Positions 30,337 through 40,898 are shown, counted from the first letter of the stretch. The stretch: 64,000 nt of DNA from Candidatus Asgardarchaeum abyssi (GCA_040225955.1 JBECUL010000004.1:1-64000), one strand, 5' to 3'. Numbers and translations: made by a program. Notes: generated from the letters alone by a model not told the origin.

Positions 30337-31992
30337 TTACATACCAGGAGGCATGCCTCCACCAAATCCACCCATGCCAGCGGGCCCGCCATATCCACCA
30401 GGCCCACCGGGTGGCCTTGGAGGCGCTTTCCTCTTAGAAGCTATAACATCATCTATCCTTAAGATCATTCTTGCAACTTCACTAGCTGTCTTAAGTGCTT
30501 GTACTTTAACTCTTGTTGGTTCGATTACTCCAGCATCAAGTAAATTTTCAACTTTACCCGTTTTAAGATTTATGCCAGCGTATATATTTCCCTCATTATG
30601 AGCTTTTCTTAATTCTGAAATGATATCTATTACGCTCAACCCTGCATTTTCAGAAAGCGCTCTTGGAATTACTTCTATTGCATCGGCAAAAATCTTAACA
30701 GCGAGTTGTGCTTTACCAGAAACGGATTCGGAATAATCTCTAATTCTCTTAGCTATTTCAGCTTCTATAGCTCCTCCACCAACTACAAATGTGCCATCTT
30801 CAACAACGTCCTTTACCACAAAAAGCGTGTCATGCAAAGCTCGTTCTGCTTCCTCTACAACCATTTTTGTCCCAGCTCTGAGAAGTATTGATATTGCTTT
30901 AGAATTTTTACATCCCTCAATGAAAACAAATTTAGAATCACCTATTTTGATCTCTCTTACCTTCTCAGCTTCGCCGAGAGCATCTTCGGGTATTTCTTCC
31001 AAGCTTGTCAATATTCTTGCACCAGCAGCTTTTGCTAATCGTTCAATATCCTTTTTATTCACACGAGCTACTGCCATAATTCCATTTTTAGCTAGAAATG
31101 ACTTTGCTATGTCATTAATTCCTTTCTGAGATAGAACTACGTTGGCTCCAGATTTTACTATTTTTTCGACCATGTCAAGAACCATTTTCTCTTCTTGCTT
31201 TTTGAACAATTGTATCTCATCTGGAGAATCTATTCTGATATGAGCATCAAACTCTGTTTTTTCAACCTCTAATGGTGCATTAGTTAAGAGGATTTTTGGA
31301 TTGTTAATTTCTTTAGGCATATCTGGATGGGCTAATTCTTTATCCAAAATTACCCCTTTTACTAATTTTGTTTCACTTATCTTAGCCCCTTCTTTCTTAA
31401 CAACTTTTATGTTATCCAAGTTCACGGTAACCTTACCATTTTGTTTTTCCGCAACAGATTTAACGGCCTCAACAGCTATCTTAGCTAAGGCTTCTCTATC
31501 TGCGCTTACTACCTTACTTGCCATTGCAGTCATAGCAATATTTTTCAGATCCTCATCACTCCTAACAGATATCTCAATTTCTTTAATGACCTTAATTGCC
31601 TTCTCTGATGCCAATCGGTAACCATTAACTATATGTGCTGGGTGTATACCTTTTTCTAAGAGTTCTTTACTTTTCTTTAAAAGTTCGCCTATTAAGACAA
31701 CAACTGTTGTCGTTCCATCACCAGTTTCACTATCTTGGGTCTTAGCTGCTTGAATTACTATCTTTGCAGCGGGGTGCTCCACCTCTATTTTCTTAGCTAT
31801 TTCGGCACCATCGTTTGTTATTACCACATCACCTACTGAATCTACTAACATCTTATCCATTCCACGAGGACCAAGAGAAGTTCTTAAGAGTTCGGCTACA
31901 GCCATAATGGCCATTATATTGGACGTCATTGCTTCTCTTCCAGTAGTCCTTCTGGACTCTTTACTTAAAATTAAAACTGGAATTCCTTGCAT
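30337..31992 (-). CDS. ths: Thermosome subunit (group II chaperonin); alpha/beta not resolved
   Basis: [32 protein letters not shown], Gly/Met/Pro-rich tail. Confidence 0.97.
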   Translation of the reverse strand: MQGIPVLILSKESRRTTGREAMTSNIMAIMAVAELLRTSLGPRGMDKMLVDSVGDVVITNDGAEIAKKIEVEHPAAKIVIQAAKTQDSETGDGTTTVVVLIGELLKKSKELLEKGIHPAHIVNGYRLASEKAIKVIKEIEISVRSDEDLKNIAMTAMASKVVSADREALAKIAVEAVKSVAEKQNGKVTVNLDNIKVVKKEGAKISETKLVKGVILDKELAHPDMPKEINNPKILLTNAPLEVEKTEFDAHIRIDSPDEIQLFKKQEEKMVLDMVEKIVKSGANVVLSQKGINDIAKSFLAKNGIMAVARVNKKDIERLAKAAGARILTSLEEIPEDALGEAEKVREIKIGDSKFVFIEGCKNSKAISILLRAGTKMVVEEAERALHDTLFVVKDVVEDGTFVVGGGAIEAEIAKRIRDYSESVSGKAQLAVKIFADAIEVIPRALSENAGLSVIDIISELRKAHNEGNIYAGINLKTGKVENLLDAGVIEPTRVKVQALKTASEVARMILRIDDVIASKRKAPPRPPGGPGGYGGPAGMGGFGGGMPPGM

Positions 31993-32218
31993 GTTACATT
32001 CCTCAATCCTGACTTTACAAGATTCTTTAACAACTTTTTAAATATTGATTAACCCATATTTTTCCCTAATTTAAGTTTTGCGTTTTCTTATATTACTGCA
32101 TTAGAAAAGCTCATATCGCAATTGTGCATCAATATAAATATCCAATTTTTATATCAATAGAAATAGAAAAAATAATAATCATATTTTCATAAAACTAATG
32201 CAAAGTTGAGGTGGTACA

Positions 32219-32845
32219 TTGAGAATTTTAGTAGTTTCACCACACACGGATGATGCAGAACTTGGTGCTGGTGGATCTATAGTAAGATTTCTTGAAGAAG
32301 GGCATTCTATTATGTGGATTGTTTTTTCTATTGCTGAGGAAACATTACCAAAAGGCTATCCCCCAGACACACTAAAAAAAGAATTTCTTGCGGTAGTGAA
32401 TGAACTAAATATCGATACCTATAAAATATTTAATTTTCGAGTTAGACATCTGCACGAGCATCGTCAAGAAATACTAGAGGAGCTAGTAAAAGTTAGAAAT
32501 CAGTATAACCCAGATTTAGTAATAGGGCCGTCATTAAATGATTTCCACCAAGACCATCAAGTTGTCGCTAATGAAATCGTTCGTGCATTTAAAATGAATG
32601 CGTCCATAATAAATTATGAACTACCCTGGAATCACGTAACGTTCAATACACAATTATTTGTAAAATTGGAAAAAAGACATATTGATAAGAAAATTAATCT
32701 GCTTAGCCATTATAAATCACAAATTATTCTTAAAAAAAGAAGGTATTTCAATAAGGAGTTTATTTATGGCTGGGCGAGGACGCACGGTGTACAATGTAAT
32801 GCAGAATACGCGGAGGCTTTTGAGGTGATTAGATGGATCTTATAG
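32219..32845 (+). CDS. PIG-L/LmbE family N-deacetylase
   Basis: PHTDDAELG and HQDH zinc motifs, YKSQ, AEAF. TTG start after GAGGTGG. Confidence 0.92.
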   Translation: MRILVVSPHTDDAELGAGGSIVRFLEEGHSIMWIVFSIAEETLPKGYPPDTLKKEFLAVVNELNIDTYKIFNFRVRHLHEHRQEILEELVKVRNQYNPDLVIGPSLNDFHQDHQVVANEIVRAFKMNASIINYELPWNHVTFNTQLFVKLEKRHIDKKINLLSHYKSQIILKKRRYFNKEFIYGWARTHGVQCNAEYAEAFEVIRWIL

Positions 32846-33891
32846 TTATGATAACGGGTGCGGGAGCTCCAGGAATAAAGGGCACCCTTTATTCTCTCCA
32901 TGAAAACTTTGATGGTAGAAAAATAAAAACAGTTGGCGTGGATATAAGAGAGCATGTTGTTGGCAAATATCTTTGTGATAAATTCTATAGAATACCACCA
33001 CCCTCATCACAAGACTTCATTCCAACTCTGTTATCTATATGTGAAAAAGAAAAAGTGGATGTTATTTTACCTCAAGTAACCGCTGAGCTATTTGAATTAT
33101 CTAAACATAAAAAGGATTTTGAAAACACAGGTACAGCAGTTGCTATATCAAGCTATAATGCAATCATCCACTCCAACAACAAGTACGAATTGATGAAAGT
33201 TTCTAAAAAATTAGGCTTACCAACTCCAGAGTTTTTCTTGGTTAATAATTTTAAAGATTTAGAAAAATATGCAATAAAGTTGGGATACCCTGAAAATCCT
33301 GTGGTTGTAAAACCGCCTGTTTCAAATGGAATGCGAGGACTTAGAATAATAAATGAGAATATTAACTATAAAGAGCAGTTCTATAAAGAAAAACCAACTG
33401 GAATTACTACAAGAATGGATGACTTATATAGGGTTATTGGTGATACTTTTCCAGAACTAATCGTAATGGAATACCTTCCAGGTGATGAATATTCTGTAGA
33501 TGTATTAAAAACGAAAGATGACATTATTATAGTTCCAAGATTGCGAGTGGAGATACGATCGGGAATTACATTTTCAGGCATAATTGTAAAGCACGAAGAA
33601 ATAATTAAACATGTAGAAATCCTTACTGAAGAATTAGGATTGGAGTATGCCTTTGGTTATCAGTTTAAAAACGATAAGGAGGGTGTACCAAAAATCATAG
33701 AGTGCAACCCAAGAATACAAGGAACCATGGTTATGAGTACATTAGCTGGAGCAAATCTGATATATGGTGCGGTGAAATATGCTCTTGGCGAGGAAATACC
33801 GAAACTTGAAATTAACTGGGGAACTAAATTTTTAAGATACTGGGGCGGAATAGGCATTTTTAAAGAAAGAGAAGAAGTCCAAATAATCTAA
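32833..33891 (+). CDS. ATP-grasp carboxylate-amine ligase (carbamoyl-phosphate-synthase-like, stand-alone)
   Basis: ITGAGAPG, VVKP...GMRG, MEYLPGDEYSVD, IECNPR; overlaps the PIG-L gene by 13 nt. Confidence 0.88.
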   Translation: MDLIVMITGAGAPGIKGTLYSLHENFDGRKIKTVGVDIREHVVGKYLCDKFYRIPPPSSQDFIPTLLSICEKEKVDVILPQVTAELFELSKHKKDFENTGTAVAISSYNAIIHSNNKYELMKVSKKLGLPTPEFFLVNNFKDLEKYAIKLGYPENPVVVKPPVSNGMRGLRIINENINYKEQFYKEKPTGITTRMDDLYRVIGDTFPELIVMEYLPGDEYSVDVLKTKDDIIIVPRLRVEIRSGITFSGIIVKHEEIIKHVEILTEELGLEYAFGYQFKNDKEGVPKIIECNPRIQGTMVMSTLAGANLIYGAVKYALGEEIPKLEINWGTKFLRYWGGIGIFKEREEVQII

Positions 33892-33899
33892 TGAACGAT

Positions 33900-35087
33900 T
33901 TAAATTCTGCTGTATATATTTTGAAGGACATCAATAAATTTGTCAAATACTAAATTTTCTGCGGCATAAGCTTTTCTCTCATCTCTCGTGTTTTCAATAT
34001 CATCCTTATTTCTGTAAAGATCTATTAGTATGTCTTTAAGTTCACTTATAGGGTCATCAATAATAATAGCATGAGGGGGTTTTAGAAATCTTATTACTTC
34101 TTTTAGACTACTTGTAAGAAGAGATATAAGTCCTGCGTGAATGTAAATAAATACCTTATTAGGGTTAGAGAATATGTGAAATGGGTGCGGCGTCCAGGAA
34201 CATAATCCTATATGCATTTCCTGCATTATTCTATATAGTTGCAAGTGATACACATATCCAAGGCCGATAATTGAGTCATAATATGCTGCTTTTCTTTTAG
34301 TGCCTAATAAAAATAATATCATTTTATCAGATAGAGGCTTAATAATGTCCTTAATGAATGTAAGATTCCGATATGGAACCACAGGTGGTAAAACACCCGG
34401 ACCAATATATCCAAGGAGTAACTTGTTGTTTCTGTATTTATCAATAATTTGTTTGACGTCAATTGGTATAGGATATAATTCAGAGGTTTTTACCTCATAC
34501 GAATGAGGAAAATTAGGAATAACAAATACATTTTTCAGATTATGCCTCTCAACATAATATCTCTTAATGTAGTTGTTAACGGTCACTATTGCTAACACAT
34601 TATTAGCAAGCTCTTGTTCCCACTTATACCATATGTATGCTTTAACCCTCGCTCTAAAGCGATAAAGGTTCTTTTTTGTGCCCCTTTCAGCTATATATCT
34701 ATATCGTACTGGGAAAAGCTCATGATCATCAAGCACGACTGGATATCCTAGATCATAAGCTATTTTAGCTGCAAAAATATTATGCGCGTAAACAAAATCT
34801 GGCTTTACCTTATTGAGAATTTTTCCTATCTTCTTCTTAAACCAATCATAAAATGGTCGAACACCAAGTCTAGCATAGGATGGCCAACTTTCTAAAGATA
34901 TGAACTTGTAGGATAAGGGTAAATTTAGATACTTAATTATATCATTCAAAACAGCGGGTCTTCCCCGACCAATAAGATATATGTTTCCTTCTCTGTTAGC
35001 TTCCATATGGAGTAACAAATTCTTTTCTACTCGCATATCTGGAAGCGAACTATCTGTCAGAACTGCAATGTTTAGTTCCTTACCCAT
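33900..35087 (-). CDS. Glycosyltransferase (GT-B, GT4-like, divergent)
   Basis: DMRVEK, PDFVYAHN, LDDHE, PNFP, PNKVFIYIHAG. Confidence 0.75.
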   Translation of the reverse strand: MGKELNIAVLTDSSLPDMRVEKNLLLHMEANREGNIYLIGRGRPAVLNDIIKYLNLPLSYKFISLESWPSYARLGVRPFYDWFKKKIGKILNKVKPDFVYAHNIFAAKIAYDLGYPVVLDDHELFPVRYRYIAERGTKKNLYRFRARVKAYIWYKWEQELANNVLAIVTVNNYIKRYYVERHNLKNVFVIPNFPHSYEVKTSELYPIPIDVKQIIDKYRNNKLLLGYIGPGVLPPVVPYRNLTFIKDIIKPLSDKMILFLLGTKRKAAYYDSIIGLGYVYHLQLYRIMQEMHIGLCSWTPHPFHIFSNPNKVFIYIHAGLISLLTSSLKEVIRFLKPPHAIIIDDPISELKDILIDLYRNKDDIENTRDERKAYAAENLVFDKFIDVLQNIYSRI

Positions 35088-36057
35088 TTAGCTCACCTAA
35101 TGTCTCTTTAAAAATCTCTAGCTGTTTATTAAAAAGCTTTCTGAGTATTTCTGCTCTACTGCATGCTTTTTTCCTTAGATTTTCTAATTTTTCAGAATCC
35201 ATTTCTTGAAGAGTGTTACAAAGCCTATCTATGTCTGTTAAATAAATGGCCGAATCCATAAACATTTTTCTAAATGAGAATGTATCTGGTACTATCAAAG
35301 GCTTCTCTAAATATATTGCTTCAAGAGACGATCTAGTCACAGTATATTTTCTCTCTGCCCATGAAATAATCAAATCGGCTTTGTTTAAAAGTTCAAAATA
35401 TTCTTCCTCACTTAGAAAGCCTGTGAAAATTACTTTCCCAATTTTTCTCCTTGCATGAGGACCAGTTATATAAAGCTCTAAATCTACATTACAATTTGAA
35501 ACAACACTAATTAACCGTTTAATGTTCTCTATGCTTACGGTTCCTGAAGGCAAAACTAGAGTGAGCCTCTTACCTTTGGGTAGCTTTAATTTATCTACTT
35601 TGCTAATAGAGCCTTTTTTTATTACAGTAGGAGGAGGATCTATTAAAACTAAGTGTTTTGCAGTTTTTCCACATGGAACGATTTCTGTAATCGTATAATC
35701 ATGCGATAGAACAACATCGGCATATTTTATAAAATTTCTAAAGAATCTATTCAAAAGAATTCCTTTAACATTCGTGTATACTAAGAAATTGGGATGAATG
35801 TCCAATACTAGTTTAAACCGCTTAATAAGCTTTAGGAATACAATTGTAAGAACCGCCGGGCCTTGAGTCGTTTGTAAAATTACTATTTTCGGATTGATTC
35901 TAAAGAAAAGAGCAATTGTTTTTATGAGGGCTTTAATATATGGTGGTCTATCCTTAAAGACAAAGACTGGGATTTTTAATATCTTAGACAATATCTTAGT
36001 TCTTTCACTTATTTTACCCCAAGCTAAGTATATTATTTTCATCTTAAACCACATCAC
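35080..36057 (-). CDS. Glycosyltransferase (GT-B, divergent)
   Basis: LDIH, FTGFLSEEEYFELLNKADL, LEAIYLEKPLI. Confidence 0.72.
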   Translation of the reverse strand: MMWFKMKIIYLAWGKISERTKILSKILKIPVFVFKDRPPYIKALIKTIALFFRINPKIVILQTTQGPAVLTIVFLKLIKRFKLVLDIHPNFLVYTNVKGILLNRFFRNFIKYADVVLSHDYTITEIVPCGKTAKHLVLIDPPPTVIKKGSISKVDKLKLPKGKRLTLVLPSGTVSIENIKRLISVVSNCNVDLELYITGPHARRKIGKVIFTGFLSEEEYFELLNKADLIISWAERKYTVTRSSLEAIYLEKPLIVPDTFSFRKMFMDSAIYLTDIDRLCNTLQEMDSEKLENLRKKACSRAEILRKLFNKQLEIFKETLGELNG

Positions 36058-37066
36058 TCTTCCTTAACTTTTTGTTAGTTTTAATCATCTGCTCCGCCAG
36101 TTTCATACAAATTTTATCTGTAACAGTGCGTGGATATGTTGTAGGTACTATTGGATATCCATACCTTTTTGCAACTATTGAATACATATTCCTTTCATAT
36201 CGAAGAACTTCTTTTGCATATCTTATCGGCTCATCACGCTTCATGACTCTTTGGATGGATACATCTTCAGGTATATCAAATATTATTGCGTATCGTGGCT
36301 TTATCAGGAACCAAATGGGTTCTAAAAATTTAAGAGGATACCCCAAAGCCGAATATTTAATATACGTACTCCAAATGAATCTGTCTAAGATAACTATTTT
36401 TCCTTTAGCGACCTTAGGATATACTTTAAAAAGATAAAGTAATATGTTATCAACTAAGCTTAATAACGCTCTTAGTAACTTTAGCATCTTGTTTCCTTTA
36501 TAAAATGACCTCGAGTCAAAATATCTTATTTTGTCAAATTTTTCTCTTTTTGTTTGCCGCAACAGCTTTGATAACCTTTCAACAAAGAGATATTTATGAT
36601 AACGAATTATCTCGACATCAAATCCGTTCTCTTCAAAAATCTTCTTAAAGAAGTAAGAATATGTACTTTTCCCAGAACCATCAATTCCTAATAGAGCTAA
36701 TACGAATCCCCATTTGGGAAATATTCTCCTTATTTCTTTTCTCATCCATTCATCATTTAATAATAGAGAGATACACAACAGCAAAAACGCAAAAATTACT
36801 CTTTCAACTAATAGCATATTTGTTAGGTATACATCCCCTAATATAAAGCCTCCTAGAATTGCTAAAAACAATCTTAGTGCATTAGGCCCCTCATTAAGCG
36901 GATGGACTTTTAACTTCTTAGCTTTTAAAACTCCCAATCCCATATAAGCTATTGATAATAAGAGAGAGAACAAAATATAGTTAAGAATACTATACTCCAA
37001 CTTAAGAAATACTACTGAAAAGGCTGCGAGAAAGAAAGAAATTGGAGCTATTATCTTCATAAACAT
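36044..37066 (-). CDS. Thymidylate-kinase-like P-loop kinase with N-terminal ~4-TM membrane domain
   Basis: First ~105 aa hydrophobic; GIDGSGKST P-loop, LDRF, D.PEDVSIQR..KR. Confidence 0.75.
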   Translation of the reverse strand: MFMKIIAPISFFLAAFSVVFLKLEYSILNYILFSLLLSIAYMGLGVLKAKKLKVHPLNEGPNALRLFLAILGGFILGDVYLTNMLLVERVIFAFLLLCISLLLNDEWMRKEIRRIFPKWGFVLALLGIDGSGKSTYSYFFKKIFEENGFDVEIIRYHKYLFVERLSKLLRQTKREKFDKIRYFDSRSFYKGNKMLKLLRALLSLVDNILLYLFKVYPKVAKGKIVILDRFIWSTYIKYSALGYPLKFLEPIWFLIKPRYAIIFDIPEDVSIQRVMKRDEPIRYAKEVLRYERNMYSIVAKRYGYPIVPTTYPRTVTDKICMKLAEQMIKTNKKLRKSDVV

Positions 37067-37339
37067 TTTATAAGCACCAATAATTTTAATTTTTGATTAT
37101 GTTTTCAGACTTTTGAATTTAAACTTTAATAATTAATATTAGCTAGACACATAATCCATGGCTAAAAAATATTTTTCTTTAGATTAAGTATTAATTTTAG
37201 CCATACATGATGTTTTTATCTATTGTCTCTTATTAATTTACAGACAGTTAGGTATTGCTATAAGTAAACTTAAAAACATCCAAGTATCATATTTTTTCGA
37301 AAAAGCGCATAAATTGCCCTGCTACTAGTGGTGTAGTGA

Positions 37340-39130
37340 ATGGATAAAAAAAGGATTCTTGTGGTCTCTGCAAATTTTAAGAAGGCATACCCAGTTATTA
37401 AATCAATATCGAAAATGGGTTATTTACCTATCATTGTTTTTTATCACTGGTTAAGCTCTCCTATTTTCTCTAAATATGTTTATAAAAGGTATTTAGTCGC
37501 AAACCCGTATACCAATGAAAAAGAATACGCATATCAGATTGCACTTATAGCTAAAAAAGAGAGCATTGATATGATAATTCCTATTGGTTTTATTGATAAT
37601 GTGATTCTTGCTAAATATAGACATCTTTTCGGTGATATTATTATACCAATTCCATCTTATGAGAGCATCATGACCGTTTCAAATAAATCTAAATTATCTG
37701 AACTATTATCTAAAATAGGAATAAATTATCCAGAGACTTTAATTTTTAAAGACTTTATATCAAAAAAGAGTGATATTAAGTATCCCATTGTCGTTAAAGG
37801 AATATCCGACGCATCGGCACCTATTTATGCATTAAATGAATATCATTTACATACATTAGATATTTCTAGCACACGCAACTTAATTGTTCAACAGTTTATT
37901 CCTGGGCAGGGTCATGGATATTTCGCGTTAGCTAGAGATGGGAAAGTGTACGTGGAATTTTGCCATAGACGTATAATCGAGGATAAACCAAGTGGTGGAC
38001 CCAGTATTGTTGCTTGTTCGTATGACGACCCGGAATTAATTAACATTGGTAGAAAGATTGTGAGTCATTTAAAATGGACTGGCGTTATTATGGCCGAGTT
38101 TAGAAGGGATTATGAAACTGGAAAATATTATCTTATCGAGTTAAATCCAAAGTTTTGGGGTAGTTTGGAACTTTCTTCTGCATGTGGTGTAGATTTCACT
38201 AGATATTTAATAGAACTTTTCCTGTTAAATAAAACCCCTAAGCCTAATAGAATTCCTTCAAGAAAATGTTTTTCGTGGATTCTTTCAGGATTATACTACC
38301 TTAGGGAAAATTATAAGATATGGCTGATGATTGTTCGGTATGGCATAAAGAATGGCGCATTTTTTACAGATCTTCATTTTGATGATCCTACTGAATTAGC
38401 ATTTTCAGCAATTACTAGAACTATTAATTTATTGATTTTAAAAAGAGGACGAAGGAGATTTAAAAGAAATTTGATTGAGAACATCAAACGTTGTTTCATT
38501 AAGTATGTCACTTCAACGGAAATAGAAGGAATTTTGTTTGATCTTGATGGTACCCTTATAAATCTTGATGTTAATTGGTCCTTTGTCAAGCAAAAATTAG
38601 TAGCTCAGGGTTTAGTAAGGCCCTGGGATTCTCTTATTATAGCATTTTATAAATGGAAAAACGAAAATATTGAAAAATTTAATGAGATGAATATGTTCGT
38701 TGAGAGGTTTGAATTTGAAGCGATAGAAAAAATAAAACGTGATGATGAGATGAGAGCCGCACTTGAGCGGATTAAACGTAGAAATGTCTCTTTAGGCATA
38801 GTCTCAAAACAGTCAAGAAAAATAATTAAAGCAATTTTAGAAAAGCTTAGGGTTATTGACTTGTTTGATGTTTATGTTGGTCGTGATGATAGCGCTTATA
38901 GAATGGAACAAATTTCTATTGCTATAGAAAAGTTGGGTATTTTCCCACCACACAGCTTCTTCGTGGGGGATACAATTATTGATATTACAACCGGAGCTCG
39001 TATGGGACTTTTTCCCATAGGTGTTTCAACAAAACCATATAGAGTTCAGCAGTTTTATGAAATAGGTGCTCCCTGTTTTAAATCATCAAAACAATTTTTG
39101 GGATCTATAATAAAAATCAAAAAGTTGTGA
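37340..39130 (+). CDS. ATP-grasp ligase fused to a C-terminal HAD-superfamily phosphatase
   Basis: QQFIPG, HRRI, WTGVIMAEF, IELNPKFWGS (ATP-grasp); FDLDGTL, VSK, FVGDTIID (HAD). Confidence 0.85.
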   Translation: MDKKRILVVSANFKKAYPVIKSISKMGYLPIIVFYHWLSSPIFSKYVYKRYLVANPYTNEKEYAYQIALIAKKESIDMIIPIGFIDNVILAKYRHLFGDIIIPIPSYESIMTVSNKSKLSELLSKIGINYPETLIFKDFISKKSDIKYPIVVKGISDASAPIYALNEYHLHTLDISSTRNLIVQQFIPGQGHGYFALARDGKVYVEFCHRRIIEDKPSGGPSIVACSYDDPELINIGRKIVSHLKWTGVIMAEFRRDYETGKYYLIELNPKFWGSLELSSACGVDFTRYLIELFLLNKTPKPNRIPSRKCFSWILSGLYYLRENYKIWLMIVRYGIKNGAFFTDLHFDDPTELAFSAITRTINLLILKRGRRRFKRNLIENIKRCFIKYVTSTEIEGILFDLDGTLINLDVNWSFVKQKLVAQGLVRPWDSLIIAFYKWKNENIEKFNEMNMFVERFEFEAIEKIKRDDEMRAALERIKRRNVSLGIVSKQSRKIIKAILEKLRVIDLFDVYVGRDDSAYRMEQISIAIEKLGIFPPHSFFVGDTIIDITTGARMGLFPIGVSTKPYRVQQFYEIGAPCFKSSKQFLGSIIKIKKL

Positions 39131-39888
39131 AAGTTATGAAAATCGTGTTAACGCATGATATAGACTCTATAAAGAAACCGTTTAGCCACATATGGCAGAG
39201 GAGAAATAGATTCTCGAGATGGGATATAGTTCTGAGTGCTTTACATATAAGGAATTTATATAATAATATAGAAGACATAATAGCTCTCGAAGATAAATAT
39301 GGATACAAATCAACTTTTTTTGTGCCTGTTTTTCTCTTTGATGTAACTGAAATAGTTGATACTCTTAAGGAAATTAAAAAAGAGGGATGGGAGGTTCAAT
39401 TACATTTCGTATATGAATCAATACAACCGCAGGGGCTTTTTAAATTACAAAGGGACTTTTTTGAAAAGCATATAGGTGAGTTGTATGGTCTGAGATCACA
39501 CATGTTATTTATCAATGATTTTCTATTGGATTTATTTGAGAAAGAAGGATTATTGTATGATGCATCCTTTAGAGCTGAAACTGTGAACTCATATAATCCT
39601 TTTAATATAAGAAATAATTTAGTAGAGATCCCTCTTGCACTGATGGATGCCGATATATTCGGTCGTTTTAAGTTTTCTGAGAATACTGCATGGAAGTATA
39701 TTATGTGGAAGTTAAAGAGTGCTGAAAAAGAGAATGCTGATTGTTTTGTTGTTTTATTCCATCAAGAGGCCTATCGAATGAAAGGAGGACGCCTATATAA
39801 AAAGTTTGTTGAATATATTTCTTCGCAAGATTACGAGACACAATTATGTATCGATGCAGCTAAATCCATAAAAGAACGTAAAAAATAG
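39127..39888 (+). CDS. Polysaccharide deacetylase (NodB/CE4-like) family protein
   Basis: LTHDID, STFF, EVQLH, RSH, YDAS, EIPL..MD, LFH; overlaps the upstream stop. Confidence 0.8.
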   Translation: MKVMKIVLTHDIDSIKKPFSHIWQRRNRFSRWDIVLSALHIRNLYNNIEDIIALEDKYGYKSTFFVPVFLFDVTEIVDTLKEIKKEGWEVQLHFVYESIQPQGLFKLQRDFFEKHIGELYGLRSHMLFINDFLLDLFEKEGLLYDASFRAETVNSYNPFNIRNNLVEIPLALMDADIFGRFKFSENTAWKYIMWKLKSAEKENADCFVVLFHQEAYRMKGGRLYKKFVEYISSQDYETQLCIDAAKSIKERKK

Positions 39889-39944
39889 AACATACTATAC
39901 TATTAGGTAGATAAATAAATACCCATCACACTAACTATTAGAAT

Positions 39945-40358
39945 TTACTTTAGTAATCCCCATAACTCTAGAGCTGAATTTTTTGTAGCGGTCTCCGCTA
40001 ACGCTAAATTAACATCCATAGAAAAAACACCAACAACAGCTAAACCATCTCTGTGAATTATTACCAACCACCCACGGTTCCCCTTAATTATGGCCTCCTC
40101 AAAATTACCAATACCCAATTCGGGTGTATGCTTACTTAAAATAGAGCCGAATCCAAAAGCTACACGGAGAAAACGTTCTTTATCAATACCTTCGGGTATG
40201 TTTTCAGCAAGAATCGTTTTATCAACAAGATTAAGAATACAGGCGGCTACGCCACCATGTTTCTTGCTAAGACGCACTGCTATCTCTTTAAGTTTTTCTT
40301 TACTTATTTTAGAAACTTTCTGAAGAGTTTCAGTCGCCATAATAAGCACCACTATCAT
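39945..40358 (-). CDS. Roadblock/LC7 (MglB-like) domain protein
   Basis: GVAACIL...ILAENIP, LGIGNFEEAIIKGNRGWLVII, VNLALA pattern typical of Roadblock/LC7. Start probably ATG 40340. Confidence 0.75.
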   Translation of the reverse strand: MIVVLIMATETLQKVSKISKEKLKEIAVRLSKKHGGVAACILNLVDKTILAENIPEGIDKERFLRVAFGFGSILSKHTPELGIGNFEEAIIKGNRGWLVIIHRDGLAVVGVFSMDVNLALAETATKNSALELWGLLK

Positions 40359-40757
40359 AATTTTTGTTTCTTTTAGTATTTTAAAATATCTTATTTCTTA
40401 TTTGGCTTTGTGAAAGCACGTGTTGATTTATAAGTAATTTGCTTTCAATATATTATCGCGTACCCAGATTGCTCAATTCACTTTATCATCCGTAGTGATT
40501 CAGAAAGATATTGTCCTATTTTTAGTGCCTGTACAAGTACGAGCTGGATGGAGTATGATTTACGAGGCGTGTGTTGTTGAGTGTAAGATTTATTTCAATT
40601 GTTAGCAATAGGGGTCCTCACTTTAGGAAGACAAACCGCGAAATTCCTTATTTATATCTATAATCCCGCTGCTTTATGCAACGCTTTCACATAAAATCAT
40701 CCACTAAGAATCGAAACAGGGAACATCTCAATATATGGACAAAATTTTTCTTAATTA

Positions 40758-40898
40758 CTACGTACTGGGAAATTCAAAAGTAGGACGTAACAGCTTCACA
40801 GTCTTCTTCCTGTACCTTCTGTATACCTCACGACGAATCGTAACACGACCTGTATTCTCAGGCAAGTCGTAATAATAGCCGATCCTATCATACACCAT
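40758..40898 (-). pseudogene. Probable 5' fragment of a class I SAM methyltransferase (UbiE/MenG-like N-terminus)
   Basis: 46-aa ORF MVYDRIGYYYDLPENTGRVTIRREVYRRYRKKTVKLLRPTFEFPST that stops before any GxG motif. Confidence 0.35.

Noticed and set aside
30337-30430. GC-rich low-complexity tract as an RNA element or repeat
   Set aside because: It encodes the ordinary Gly/Pro/Met tail of the thermosome
36044-37066. Housekeeping thymidylate kinase (tmk)
   Set aside because: TM fusion, missing REP motif and glycosyltransferase context; symbol withheld
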